64,000 nt of DNA from Octopus sinensis (lineage: Eukaryota), in NCBI RefSeq assembly GCF_006345805.1, contig NC_042997.1:167524001-167588000 (forward strand), read 5' to 3'. The position numbers and the translations under genes were made by a program. Below the pieces are notes generated by a model, which saw only the letters and a program-made list of their open reading frames with translations, was not told the origin of the DNA and searched no databases. Positions 38,374 to 50,360 of this stretch are shown here, in pieces. Every line of letters starts with the position of its first letter. Position 1 is the first letter of the stretch.

Positions 38374-38377
<4 letters not shown>
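37421..38377. mobile_element. Solo LTR (957 bp)
   Basis: TGATACG...CGTAACA inverted termini (TG..CA) inserted in (AT)n, with ATAT on both sides. Confidence 0.75.
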
Positions 38378-38448
<71 letters not shown>

Positions 38449-39137
38449 TGGAGTAAGCACATAAATGTAGAACAAAGTGGAAAAAGGAGTACTCAAATAC
38501 TAGAGGTAGAGTATAGGTGTTTTCGATCTAGTTTGGATTCTTTGCAATCAAATTTGAATTTTTCAATTGGTGCTCAAGCCTTGAAAAAAAAGAGTTAAAC
38601 TACATCAGCCGTAAGGGAATACATGTCTATCTTATCTAACTCGTCCAGTGGAGCCCACTTTTGGTCGAACTTCGATCTAATCCCGAGCTTGGGACAACAA
38701 ACTTGAGTTGGATAAACTCCAATAGTAAGCTCTTTGCTCTTTATAACGTAGCAATTCACCATACGTAGACATAAAGGAAAAAATAAGCACATTACTGATC
38801 CTGATATAACGACCTGCCTGAATGCGTCCACGTGTCATCTAAGACACGTGCATGCCATGTACAATAGACAGTCTAGTTAAAAGACATATCACGGGGGGGG
38901 GGATGTAGCATAAACCCGCTCTTTAAAGCAATTTTGGGGAGGGGTGAAATTACCCTTATGATTAAAAGTTATGATCAACAATTGTTGATTTAAATCAGAC
39001 CAGGTTTATTAGCTATCCTGAGATAAGGGTTTTTAAAGTTTCCTAACTGATATTTCTCGTAAAAAAGTTGCAGTTTGTAAAAATGTACAAATTATCTTGA
39101 ATGAACTGTTCAAACATACCAAACAATAGAAAAAGAT

Positions 39138-40230
39138 TCATTCGTTTATGATCTCCCTTTGTTCAGACCGGTCGACGTAACAGAGCATCTTTTGGTAGAA
39201 GCTATCGCAATCTTCATGAGTTATTTCATCGAACTTTTCAGATATCAATTGGTAAAGCTCTGGCTCGTTCTTTGCCTCGCCTTGGATAACCGAGCGTTTC
39301 CAAACGAAGAAAATGTTCTCGATTGGGTTTAGAAAAGGCGAATATGGAGGCAGGAAGAACATGGCAATGCCAAGTTCCTTAATAGTATCTGCCAGTCCAT
39401 GATAATGGTGGATCCTGGTGTTGTCAAAAATGAAGACAGGATTGTTGATTTCGTCGTGGATACACCGTTGGTGAATCTCGATCAAAAATTCTTTGAACCT
39501 TTCTCCGTTTACGGCCGTTTCAAAAACTTGATGAAAAATCATCCCATATCGATTCATGGCCACAACAACCGAGATATTTCGGCTGCGTGCAGCCGGAACG
39601 GAGACGTATGGGGATTTTCCGGACTGGGCTCACCCCTTTCTAGGACGCGTCACCACTGCAAACCCCACTTCGTCGAAGAAAACAAAGTTTCGGTCGTGTA
39701 AATCCTCTGATCGTTGGCGAAACAACTGAGCGTATTCCATTCGCAGGTTCAAGGTCCGTTCATCGTTTCTCTTCACTGGAACTATAACGAGAGCCTTAAA
39801 AGAAAAACAGGCATGTTAGCGCAAAAACTAAGTGGGATTATAATTTTCTAAATGGCCATAGTGAATAAAAACCAACTACGGTTATATACATGAAATGTGG
39901 CAAACCTCTGCATATGTCATTTTCTATTGTCTAAATTCTTATTTCAATGAATACGTTCCCACCTCTCTCAACGAATAAAACGTTTAAAGATAAAGGAATG
40001 AAAGGCATACCTTCAATGTGTAGTGGAATTGTCTCAGTATCCTGTCAACACAGTTGATGCTGACTGCGATTCCAAGCTCCTCTTGAACACAGGATTTGAT
40101 GTCTTTCAGGCGTAGTAAGCAATTAGCATCTACCCATGACAAGATGATCTCTTTCTGTTAATGTGTAAGAATAGATCTCTTGTCTCCGCCTCTTTTTCTG
40201 GCAGCAGAAGAACCAGTCCCGTTGAAATAG
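39138..40230 (-). pseudogene. IS630/Tc1-type DD34E transposase pseudogene in two exons (40011-~40230 and 39138-39794)
   Basis: Spliced reading RKRGGDKRSILTH*QKEIILSWVDANC...FHYTLK|ALVIVPVKRN...FFDEVGF...FIFDNTRIH...LPPYSPFLNPIE. D-to-E spacing is 34. Premature stops at 40158-40160 and 39630-39632. Confidence 0.88.
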
Positions 40231-40879
40231 ACCACATACATATGAAGACATATATATGCAAGGCGTAAATATACACACAAATACACATATACATGGTGTA
40301 TACATATAGACAAGAAGTAAAACGCAGAGTGGGGGAAGAAAAAGAAAAAGAAATGGTAACGATCTTATAAGTAACAGATAGCTAAAGAAGCGAGTAAAAG
40401 AAGGGGAGGGGCGTAAAGTTACAGGACGTTATACAAGTAACGAATAGGGGGAGAAAAAATAACGAAAGAAAGGAAGAAAGAAAGAAGTCTGAATATGCGT
40501 AACGAACGTTCACAAACTAAAATTACGTATACATGTTTATATAAAAGTGTATGTTAGCTGTAAATACACATATAACAACACATATATAAATATATAGAGA
40601 TAAGTACGTAAATACACATCCAAACAAATTCAAGTGAATACATGCATACATATACATCCATGTGCATAAGTATAAACATGCACGCTTACTTACACATATA
40701 CATAGGCGCATACATCCGAATACATATGCATGCCAACAATACAAATATTCACATAAAAACATGTCTAGGTCATGACGTATATACAAACAATATTATTTTT
40801 AAAATTGCTGAGTGCATAATAATAAAATTTAGATAAAAGACATGCAAAATAGAACACCCTGTATCGAATTATCTACAAA

Positions 40880-41266
40880 CTAGCAGTATCGCCCGGCGTT
40901 GCTCAGGTTTGTAAGGGAAATAACTATAAAGCATTTTTAGAGAGTTATAGCCAAAAAACAGCAAAAAAATTGGAAAAAAATGATGGTAAATTTTTTTTTT
41001 GATAGTTAAAAAAGGTGGAGTTGCGTCCCCTACACAGTTTGTGGTTTGTGTTCCTGGTTCTCGACCCCATGTCGAATTTATCGATTTTTTTCAGAACTGG
41101 GGGAACTTTTCAAAATTTTCGCTGCGTTAGTTTTGAATTATGACATTGGGCTATGTGTGTGTCAAGTTTCATCAGAATCGGTTGAAAGCTGTGGTCAGGT
41201 TGAGGGTACAAGCAAACAGACACACAGAAACACGCACAGACAAACTGCCGTTTATATATAGAGAGA
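40880..41266 (-). mobile_element. Non-autonomous Helitron (387 bp)
   Basis: 5' A|TC start at 41266; 3' subterminal GAGCAACGCCGGG..CTAG|T end at 40880; no TSD. Confidence 0.75.
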
Positions 41267-41449
41267 TTAAACGATTGAAATGGGTTTATAAAATAAAATA
41301 AAATAAAATAAAAGCAGAATCCTAAACAAGAAAATAATAATATTTGTATATAACAGTCGAAGATTTTCCTTAAGAAATATTACTCTTTTACTCTTTTACT
41401 CTTTTACTTGTTTCAGTCATTTGACTGCGGCCATGCTGGAGCACCGATA

Positions 41450-42705
41450 CAAAAACTTTGCGATGCGGAATAAATCATGCATAATACAAAATAAATCCAA
41501 CAGTGTGATCAAAAACTAGTCCAAGAATCAAAAATATACGCTATCCATATGAGATATTGCTAGTCGACATTTAAAATTTAGCTGCGTGTCTGCAGGAATT
41601 CAAGAGTTCGCTTCTTTGATTTAAAGAATTATTGTCCTGGAATGAAATAAAATATTTTTCCTTTAGACATAAATCGCACTTGATCGTTCTTTCATGTACA
41701 CAGTGCCTGTATGGTGCAGGTCTCTCCAAAATACTCCATGTCACGTTGAAAGGTCGGGCTTCTTTTTCTTTTAATTCCCAGACATATTTCGCCAAGCTGG
41801 TCTTCGTCCTATTTTCGGGGTATCTAAAGGAATTTTTATGCGAATAGAATCAGGTTTTAAAAGAATTTTCAGAAGCTCCTGTATAAGTTCTATATTCGCG
41901 TGAGTCTTCTATCTGCACTTTGGCTCTATATACGATCCCTTTCTCCAGACATTTCCCTTCCAACGGACAGGAGGACCCATCTTTGAAATTACAATTTTTA
42001 AGAGAATCGCACTATGATTATTAGCAATTATCCTGCTGTTGTGTTGATTAATGAAAGAGGCGAAGTTTCTGCAGCAAGAATAGCTGATCTTAAACGTTCT
42101 TCTATTAAATATTCTATAAAACTTATGGTCAGGTTTAAAATGCCTAGAGACTAATTTCAAGAATTCCCTACCTATATTTGTTTTTGCGGCCAAATTGAAA
42201 GCTGGGTTGAACCACAAAACTTTCTGAGTCCTAGTTCTACGTGTAGCATTACTGCTTGCATTAAGTTGTTTATACTGGATCTTCTCAGAGAATCCTCTAT
42301 TCCTTAATGCGCTATTGTAATAAGGTGCAGCATTTTGGAATGCTGCCTCATCCAAAGAAATTGACGATATTCGTCTACCTACATTACTGACTAAGTTCCT
42401 AAGAATAACTGGCGGATGATTAGATTCTTTGCTAATATTAGGCTTACGGTAAGGTTTAAATTTATCCGACCTTAAATCCAAATTTACATCTAAAAAATCT
42501 ACACTTTTCAGGTTAGTACCTATCGTAACCCGTAAGCCCATCCTTTGGAAGAAAGCAATAAGGTCCTTCATAAGTTTATCTGATTCATAGCCGTTTAAAT
42601 TATGGGTGACTATAAGGCCGTCATCCCTATATAAACCTGCGTCTATAAACGGGAATTCTAGTTTTAGATTGTGTAGAACATAAGCTCCTATGAGCCTAAA
42701 TAGCT
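41450..42705 (-). mobile_element. 5'-truncated Penelope-like element (RT C-terminal half plus GIY-YIG)
   Basis: GLYRDDGL, VDFLDVNLDL, PYRKPN..SNHPP, WFNP.F...KTNIG..FL, and C-terminal CDLCLKEK..LNQRSELLNSCRH. Confidence 0.92.
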
Positions 42706-42817
42706 CATATATATTTATATAAAATCAGCGAAAAAAGGACAAGATAAAAACACAACAACGCGAGGACGTAGTACATGCAAAATATTAATAAAACGCTAAG
42801 AGAAAATAAGAAAGGGT

Positions 42818-42852
42818 GTTTAACGTTTCGAGCAAAGCTCTTCTTCAGAAAC
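42818..42852 (-). ncRNA. Minimal type I hammerhead ribozyme in a pLTR-like module (42713-42890)
   Basis: Minus strand GTTT-CTGAAGA-A-GAGC-TTT-GCTC-GAAA-CGTT-AAAC; same family as 16965-16999. Confidence 0.75.
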
Positions 42853-42928
42853 AGGGGACAGAGGAAAGTCTAAGAGAAAAGGAAGACGTAGGATATATGG
42901 ATATATATATATATATATATATAATATA

Positions 42929-43027
<99 letters not shown>

Positions 43028-43253
43028 TTTAGGAATTTGTGTTGTAAGATTTCTGATGTGAAGTCCTATGTTGAAACAGATTTTGTTGTATTTCGGGATT
43101 TTTTTTATTCTTCTACTTGTTTCAGTCATTTGACTGCGGCCATGCTTATTCTTTGTAAGCCTAGTACTTATTCTATGGGTCTATTTTGCCCGATAGAATA
43201 TACATACATAATATATATATATATTCCTCGGACTAGAGCAGTGGTTCCCAACC

Positions 43254-43317
43254 TAGAGTCTGATGAATTGTTCAAGAAGCTAAGGCTTTCGTGGATGCGA
43301 AACCATTGGTCGCTCTA
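43254..43317 (+). ncRNA. Type I hammerhead ribozyme with GUC triplet
   Basis: Stem I TAGAGT/GCTCTA, core CTGATGA, long wobble-rich stem II, GAAA, stem III CC-ATT-GG, GTC. Confidence 0.6.
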
Positions 43318-43673
43318 TGACCAGACATTAACTTTATTACTTTAACATGTGTATGTCTGTGTGTGTGTGTTGCAACATTAAAGCATACGGAAGCATCTGC
43401 AAATGCAGGCCCATTCAAACCATGACAGTATTCAAAAACTGACGTTAAAGTGTTGATGACGTAGTGAGGTGTATAATGGTAATGACAATAAAATCCCCAA
43501 CAACGATAATGAAACAATCATATTTTTCACATAGGTGCATTCATGACTGCGTGGTCTCCCACAGCGTAGCACCTTGCGCAGGTGTCTTCTATTATAGTCC
43601 CTGGCCCACTAAAATCTTGCGAGAGGATATGGTTGACAGAAATAAGCCCGCCGTGTGTGCGTGCGTGTGTGTT

Positions 43674-43736
<63 letters not shown>

Positions 43737-43759
43737 GACCTCGTTTGGACCTGCATGCC

Positions 43760-44790
43760 TGAGATTCGAAACCGTTCTTTTCGCTTTCTCTTCTTTCTAT
43801 TTCTGCTCTCTTCAAATAATTTTTTATGGAATGAGTGGGAGAAACACAGAAAAGACGTAATTTCTCCAGAAACAAGTATAAAGCAAGGAAGACTGTAGAA
43901 AACCGAAGGCAAGAGTCTGAAGAGAGATGAGATTTTCTCAAGATCAGCAAATGCATGTTGCAGCACTTAATGCTGGATCATTAAATCAATGTTTTAATGA
44001 TTAGACAGAGGTCCAGTAGAATAGCTCTCAGAAACAGACTACGTACAAATTCATTCTTCACAACTCCTGAAGCTGTTTTCAGATATAATCCATCCCATTC
44101 TTATAAAAATGATAACTCTGTCCAAATTGGTGTGCTAAACACAAATTGTCGTTTATGTAGAGCATTAAAATTTTCAAATAAAACAAATGGTATGTGCTAC
44201 TCAGGCGGTCTGGTAACACTGCCAGCACTACCAGCTCCTTCGGCATTTCCATCCAGTCAAGGGATTTTCTGAACAATATCAGACAATACAACTCTGCATT
44301 TCAAATGACATCGTTTGGTGCATCTAAAAAGATAGATAAACATGAATTTACGCTGACGTCAAAGTTCAAGGGCACGTCTATCACCTAATTGGTTCCCTGT
44401 TACCCGCAAATGAACAACCACAGTTCCTCCAAATTTACTTCATGGGTGATGTAGGACAACAAATCCGACAGAAGTGTTAAAATTTCAAATGGTGGGTCGT
44501 GTTATACACAGCGCTGATTGCTGTAAAGGAAAGTATATCCACTGACAGTTTTTCGATGCGTTCAAAAGTCACATAACCCCCATTTCCAATTTTCGATGAT
44601 AGGTTAGGGCCTGAAGTACACCAAACAAACGCATAGCGTGTTGCTTTGTCGAATTAGCCCAGCATTTACTCCACAAATGTTTTATTGTCAATGCTGCACT
44701 TTCTCATATCACCTGTTTCAACATAACTGTAATATATTATATACCAACTATGCCATTTTAATCCCGAGCAATGCCGGGTATCTCTGCTAG
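43760..44790 (+). mobile_element. Internally deleted Helitron with Rep N-terminal coding remnant
   Basis: CRLCRALKF..GMC..G.VTLP, FLNNIRQYNSAFQMTSFGA, GHVYHLIGSLLP, FLQIYF; 3' end CCCGAGCAATGCCGGG..CTAG|T at 44787-44790. Confidence 0.88.
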
Positions 44791-45445
44791 TAACTATATG
44801 TACTTCAAACTGAATAACGTTTACTCCTGACATGAAATAACGAGGAAACCTCCACGAGGTTGTTCCACCCGCTAGAAATAGCTCTCAAATTATATTCTCT
44901 CTCTCTCTTTCTCTCTCACACACACACACACAGTGGTCTTTACTAAATAGGAAATAGCGGGGGGGGGGGTCATTGTTCCGCATTAAACACCTCCCACTCG
45001 TCATCTGGAGGACTTATTCTTTACCACATCTGTTTTTTTTCTTTCATAGGTTATGAATATAACTATAAAAACTGTTAACAATACATATACTTGTATGCAT
45101 ACCTGACTATATATATGACAGGCTATTTATTGTACCATGTGAAAGAGAATATTTCATAGTTCTTTCTCTCTGTCACACACACGAAATAATTTTTCTTCTT
45201 ACGTAATTTTTTTACTTCGTAGTTTGTTTTCTTGTCTTTCCAGTCATTTTCCCTCCACTCTCTTTATCTGTCTCTCTTTCTATCTTTTCCTTACAACACG
45301 AGAACTTTTCTATTACGTATTACATATATATGTGTATGTATGTCAGTCAGACCTTTACTAGTTTCTTAAGACTCTGTTTTCTTGATGTTAAGACATTGCA
45401 TATCAGCAGTGTCCATTCCAATATATTGAAGATATCTAAGACTAT

Positions 45446-45665
45446 AAGCGGCGAGCTGGCAGAAACGTTAGCACGCCGGGCGAAATGCGTAGCCGTATTT
45501 CGTTCTGGGTTCAAATTCCGCCGAGGTCGACTTTGCCTTTCATCCTTTCGGGGTCGATAAATTAAGTACCAGTTACGCACTGGGGTCAATGTAATCGTCT
45601 TAATCCGTTTGTCTGTCCTTGCTTGTCCCCTCTGTGTTTAGTCCTTGTGGGTAGTAAAGAAATAT
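45446..45665 (+). mobile_element. Nin-type SINE
   Basis: Near-identical to 10027-10245. Confidence 0.88.
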
Positions 45666-45879
45666 ATATTATCTCATTATAGACAATAGTCTTAGATAAC
45701 CCTAAAATATGTCCCCCGGCCCTTTTAATAAGAAGGAGAGTGTTATCACTTACAGAGAGTGAATATTTTGTCGCTATTCCTAATTGGTCGAACTATCAGG
45801 CAGTTTTTTTTTTTTTTTCCTTAGCTGTCAATCTATTTTGCCACAGTCTACGTCCGTCTTTTATTGTTTGTTATCCACT

Positions 45880-46100
45880 ATACACTAGTCGGGATCAAAC
45901 ACCTCACTTCAGACGGAAGAGGCGAAGGAAAAGCGCGCTTGCTTCCGTATTTGAATGCGTATATAAGCGTGTTTGTGGTTGGCTATTATATCCATGTGAA
46001 AGGTTGAATAGCTATGCGTGAGCGTATGCCTAGTCTGACTCTAATTACTGTACATTTCATTAAAAATGTCCAATTTCCTGCCATTTTATAATAGCGAACT
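45880..46100. promoter_or_regulatory. Candidate (possibly bidirectional) promoter
   Basis: Local CpG/GC enrichment, two opposed CGGAAG (ETS-like) motifs, a GCCATTTT YY1-like motif, minus-strand donor GTGAGG at 45907 and plus-strand donor GTAAGA at 46721. Confidence 0.35.
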
Positions 46101-48639
46101 GTGAGATTTCAGTCTAACTCGTTTTCACTGGTGCACTCCCGCTTTTTTCGCACGTATACACAGTACACGCACACTTTACACACACAATTTAAATAAAAAA
46201 AAAACTGCGCATTTAAACATACATTTATGCTGTCAAACACATACATACATACATATATTTCTTGAAGTAAATTAAACATAACCACACACTCTCAAACCCA
46301 TACGCAGTGAAAATAGCTACCTCTTTGTTATTCTTCCTCATACCTTTACCTATTACACACACTCTCTCTGTTTCTCGCTTTCTCTCTCTCTCTCTCTGAC
46401 TCTAACCGTTAATTTCTATATCTCTCTATTTCATTCCCTCCCTCTGTCTTTTCCTCTTTCTATCTATGTCCGCATCTTTGTCTGGAGACTCATTTAACGG
46501 TAATCAGTTTTGTCATCACATCAGCAGCCACTGACACCTTCTTGGTGTGGGGGGGAGTCACTCCCAGTTGACACACATAACTACATACATTTATATATAT
46601 ACATACATTCATATATATATATATATGTGTGTGTATAAATATATATATACTGTGTGTATATATATTTGTTTATCTAAGTGTGTGCATATATAATACGTCG
46701 GTCTCTCTTCCTTTCTTCAGGTAAGACGTCAACACCGCATTATCTTTGATAACGTACTTTAAAATGTTATATATATATATCTATATATAAGCAAAAATGC
46801 TTGTTCTAAAATCTGTGTGTGCGCGCATGTGTGTATATATATATATATATATTATTCGAAGCTTTCTTCCATGGGATCTAATGCGCTTGGCTTAGATTTC
46901 CCTTGGCGGGCTGGCCATATCGAGCAATCTCAAGATTAATCAGCCGAAATTGCTAAGATGATCTGGTTCTTGGCTGGACTGAGGGCTTCGAATGTCCCGT
47001 CCTGTGGTTCTTGTGTCGTCTCTGTGGTGTTTCATGTTCTTGTCCATGTCTGTAATTAATTTTACTGTTTACCTATATATATATATATATATATATATGG
47101 CGTTTCTTTCGATATAGATATTTTATCTGTCATTCCTTCCCAGCTGTTTTGATGGCGTGTTCGGTAAAATCCGTAAAAAGATTTTATGTATTTATATTTT
47201 GGTTTGATATATCACACACTTCGATGTTCAAGATTGACTTACATTCTCTTGATAATTCTCATCACCGAATATATATAAAGTATATTTATATTTGTAAAGG
47301 CATTTGTTTCTGTATAAACCACATGTATACTTGTTAATTTGTTCGTAATTAAATTAACAATATGTATGTACTCTTATATATACTGAATACACGTGTTAAT
47401 ACAAACACAGGTTCACTCACCCAAATAAACTGTTAATAAATTGTAAATGCGTATCTTTACGTGTTTGTGTGAGTGTAAAAGAAAGACACAAAAATATAAC
47501 TGTTGTTTCAATTAATTAAATAACTCGCTAATCTTTATTCATTGATTGTACGAAAACTTGAAGGCTTTCACACAAAAGTTTTGAGAACTTTCCAGACATT
47601 CTTCACCTGTTGACATTATCTGTCTGGTCGTCGTTGTTTGGTTGGACACCTAGTTAGTCTTTAGCCCTGTGTCAGCACACAAACTTACCTGGCCCATGAT
47701 TAAATGCATCCCAGGACTACATTATCCACTGTCTTATTATTATTTGTAAGGCGGTGGGTTGTGATCTGAGTGAGATTTGGCTACTGTTTCTAACAGTTCG
47801 AACGACCACGTCGAGGCTCTCGTAGGCTCGCGGGTCACTTAGTGTATCTTTTTGGTGTTTATATTGTTGATTGTATCGATATCTTTATTGCGTATTGTTT
47901 AACCACACGTCAACTCCGATAGAATAGACATTCAATCATAAATGGCATTCCAGCCATGACTATTCCGGCTTTCCCGTGTGTATTTTTCCTTCCCTCAAAG
48001 GTTATGATTTGAGAGCGATTTAGTTATTTGTTACAGGTAGCGGCTTCCTCGTTTATAGTGTTGTTAATGATGATGATGTTGCTGTTCTCATACATTGTTA
48101 TTGGTGGCTTCTTGTTGACCCCTGATCGGACAGGTCTACAGTCAACACAAAGTAATGATCGACTAGTCATAACTAGCTAGCGCGAGTATGCTAGTGCGCG
48201 CACCGGGACCACTGTTGTCAAGTAGTACCATAACCCTCCTGTTTCATACAACAATCTTTCGGAGAAAGGATATAAAAGCTGAAAGATCGCCTTTAAGACA
48301 ATTGGGTGAAATATGAGCGACATTTGGCTGCTATTTTTGCTGTCTAACCTCAGATTAGCCCTGACTGGGTTCACCTATGATGAAATGCGTTTTAGCGGTG
48401 ACATATCCTTTTTTCTTTTTTTTTATAGCAATTAGTGTCTGTAGTTATTTCGTCATTGAAGTGGTAACGATTTATTGCTATAAAAAAAAGCACTTAATCC
48501 ATTTTGATATACGTAACAGCCACAGAAAGCACTCTAGCACTCTATGATTCCATATTCGTTTTCTACACTTTTTTTACACCTATTAGACTGATTTATTATT
48601 TTTTCTTTTGGTGACTAGGAGTTAAACTATACATTAACC

Positions 48640-48680
<41 letters not shown>

Positions 48681-48906
48681 GGTGTGTGTGTATGTGTGTG
48701 TGTGTGTATATATATGTGTGGGTGTGTATATATATGTGTGTGTGTGTATATATATGTGTGTGTGTTATATAATGGTGTGTGTGTGTGTGCGCGCGCGTGT
48801 GTAATATAAATATATTTATATTATGTATTATATATATACAATATGTATAATGTATATATTATATATATATATTGTATAATATATGTATAATATATATATA
48901 TATTAT

Positions 48907-48951
<45 letters not shown>

Positions 48952-49614
48952 GTATATATCTATATATATATTATTTATATATATATGTATAATATATATA
49001 ATAGTATTGTAGATATATATATATATTTTTTATATATATAGTATAATATAGATATATGTATAATATATAGATTATATATTATTTATATATATATATGTTA
49101 ATATATATTATGTATAATATAATAGATGTATAATATATATATATATGTAAATATATATATATATGTATAATATAATATATGTATAATATATATATATATA
49201 TTATTTATATATATATATTATTTATAATATGTATAATATATATATATATTATATATATATATTGGTTATATATATGTATAAGTATATATAATAGTATATT
49301 ATATATATATATAGTATAATATATATATATATAGTATTATATATATATGTATAATATAGATATATATATTATATATATATGTAGAATATATATAATATAT
49401 ATATAGATATATCATATATACATGTATGTATAATATATATATATATATATATTCTATATATATGTATGTATAATATATATATTATGTATATTATGTATGT
49501 ATAATCTATATATATATATATATAATATTATTATAATATATATATATAATATATATGTATGTATAATATATAGATTATATATGTTATATATATATATGTA
49601 TATATATATGTATG

Positions 49615-49660
<46 letters not shown>

Positions 49661-50360
49661 TGTATAATATATATATTATTTATATATATATATTATATGG
49701 ATAAATATATATATATATTAATATAATATATGTATAATATATAGATATTATATATACATATATGTATGATATATATTTATATACATATATGTATGATTAT
49801 ATATTATATATACATATATGTATAATATATATATTATAATACATATATGTATAATATATATATATATATATACATATATGTATATATATATATATATACA
49901 TATATGTATAATATATATATATTATATACATATATGTATAATATATAGTATATATACATATAGTATAATATATATATTATATATACATATATGTATAATA
50001 TATATATATTATATATACATATATGTATAATATATATATTATATATACAGATATGTATAATATATATTATATATACATATGTATAATAATATTATATAAC
50101 ATATATGTATAATATATATAATGTATGATATATATATATTATATGTATAATATATACATATGTATAATATATATATAGTATATAATATATATATATATAT
50201 GTATGTATAGATATAATTATATATTATGTATATATTATATATATATATGTATAATATATTATATATATATATTATATGTATATATTATATATACATATAT
50301 GTATATATTATATATAATATATATATATATACATATAGGTATAATATATATATAATATAT
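48640..50360. repeat. ~1.7-kb degenerate (TA)-rich array
   Basis: Almost pure A/T, with recurring ATATACATATATGTATAAT-type units. Confidence 0.95.

Noticed and set aside
38595-38831. 78-aa minus-strand ORF (..RSKFDQKWAPLDELDK..)
   Set aside because: No splice or start context and no motif I can assign; possibly an old LINE remnant.
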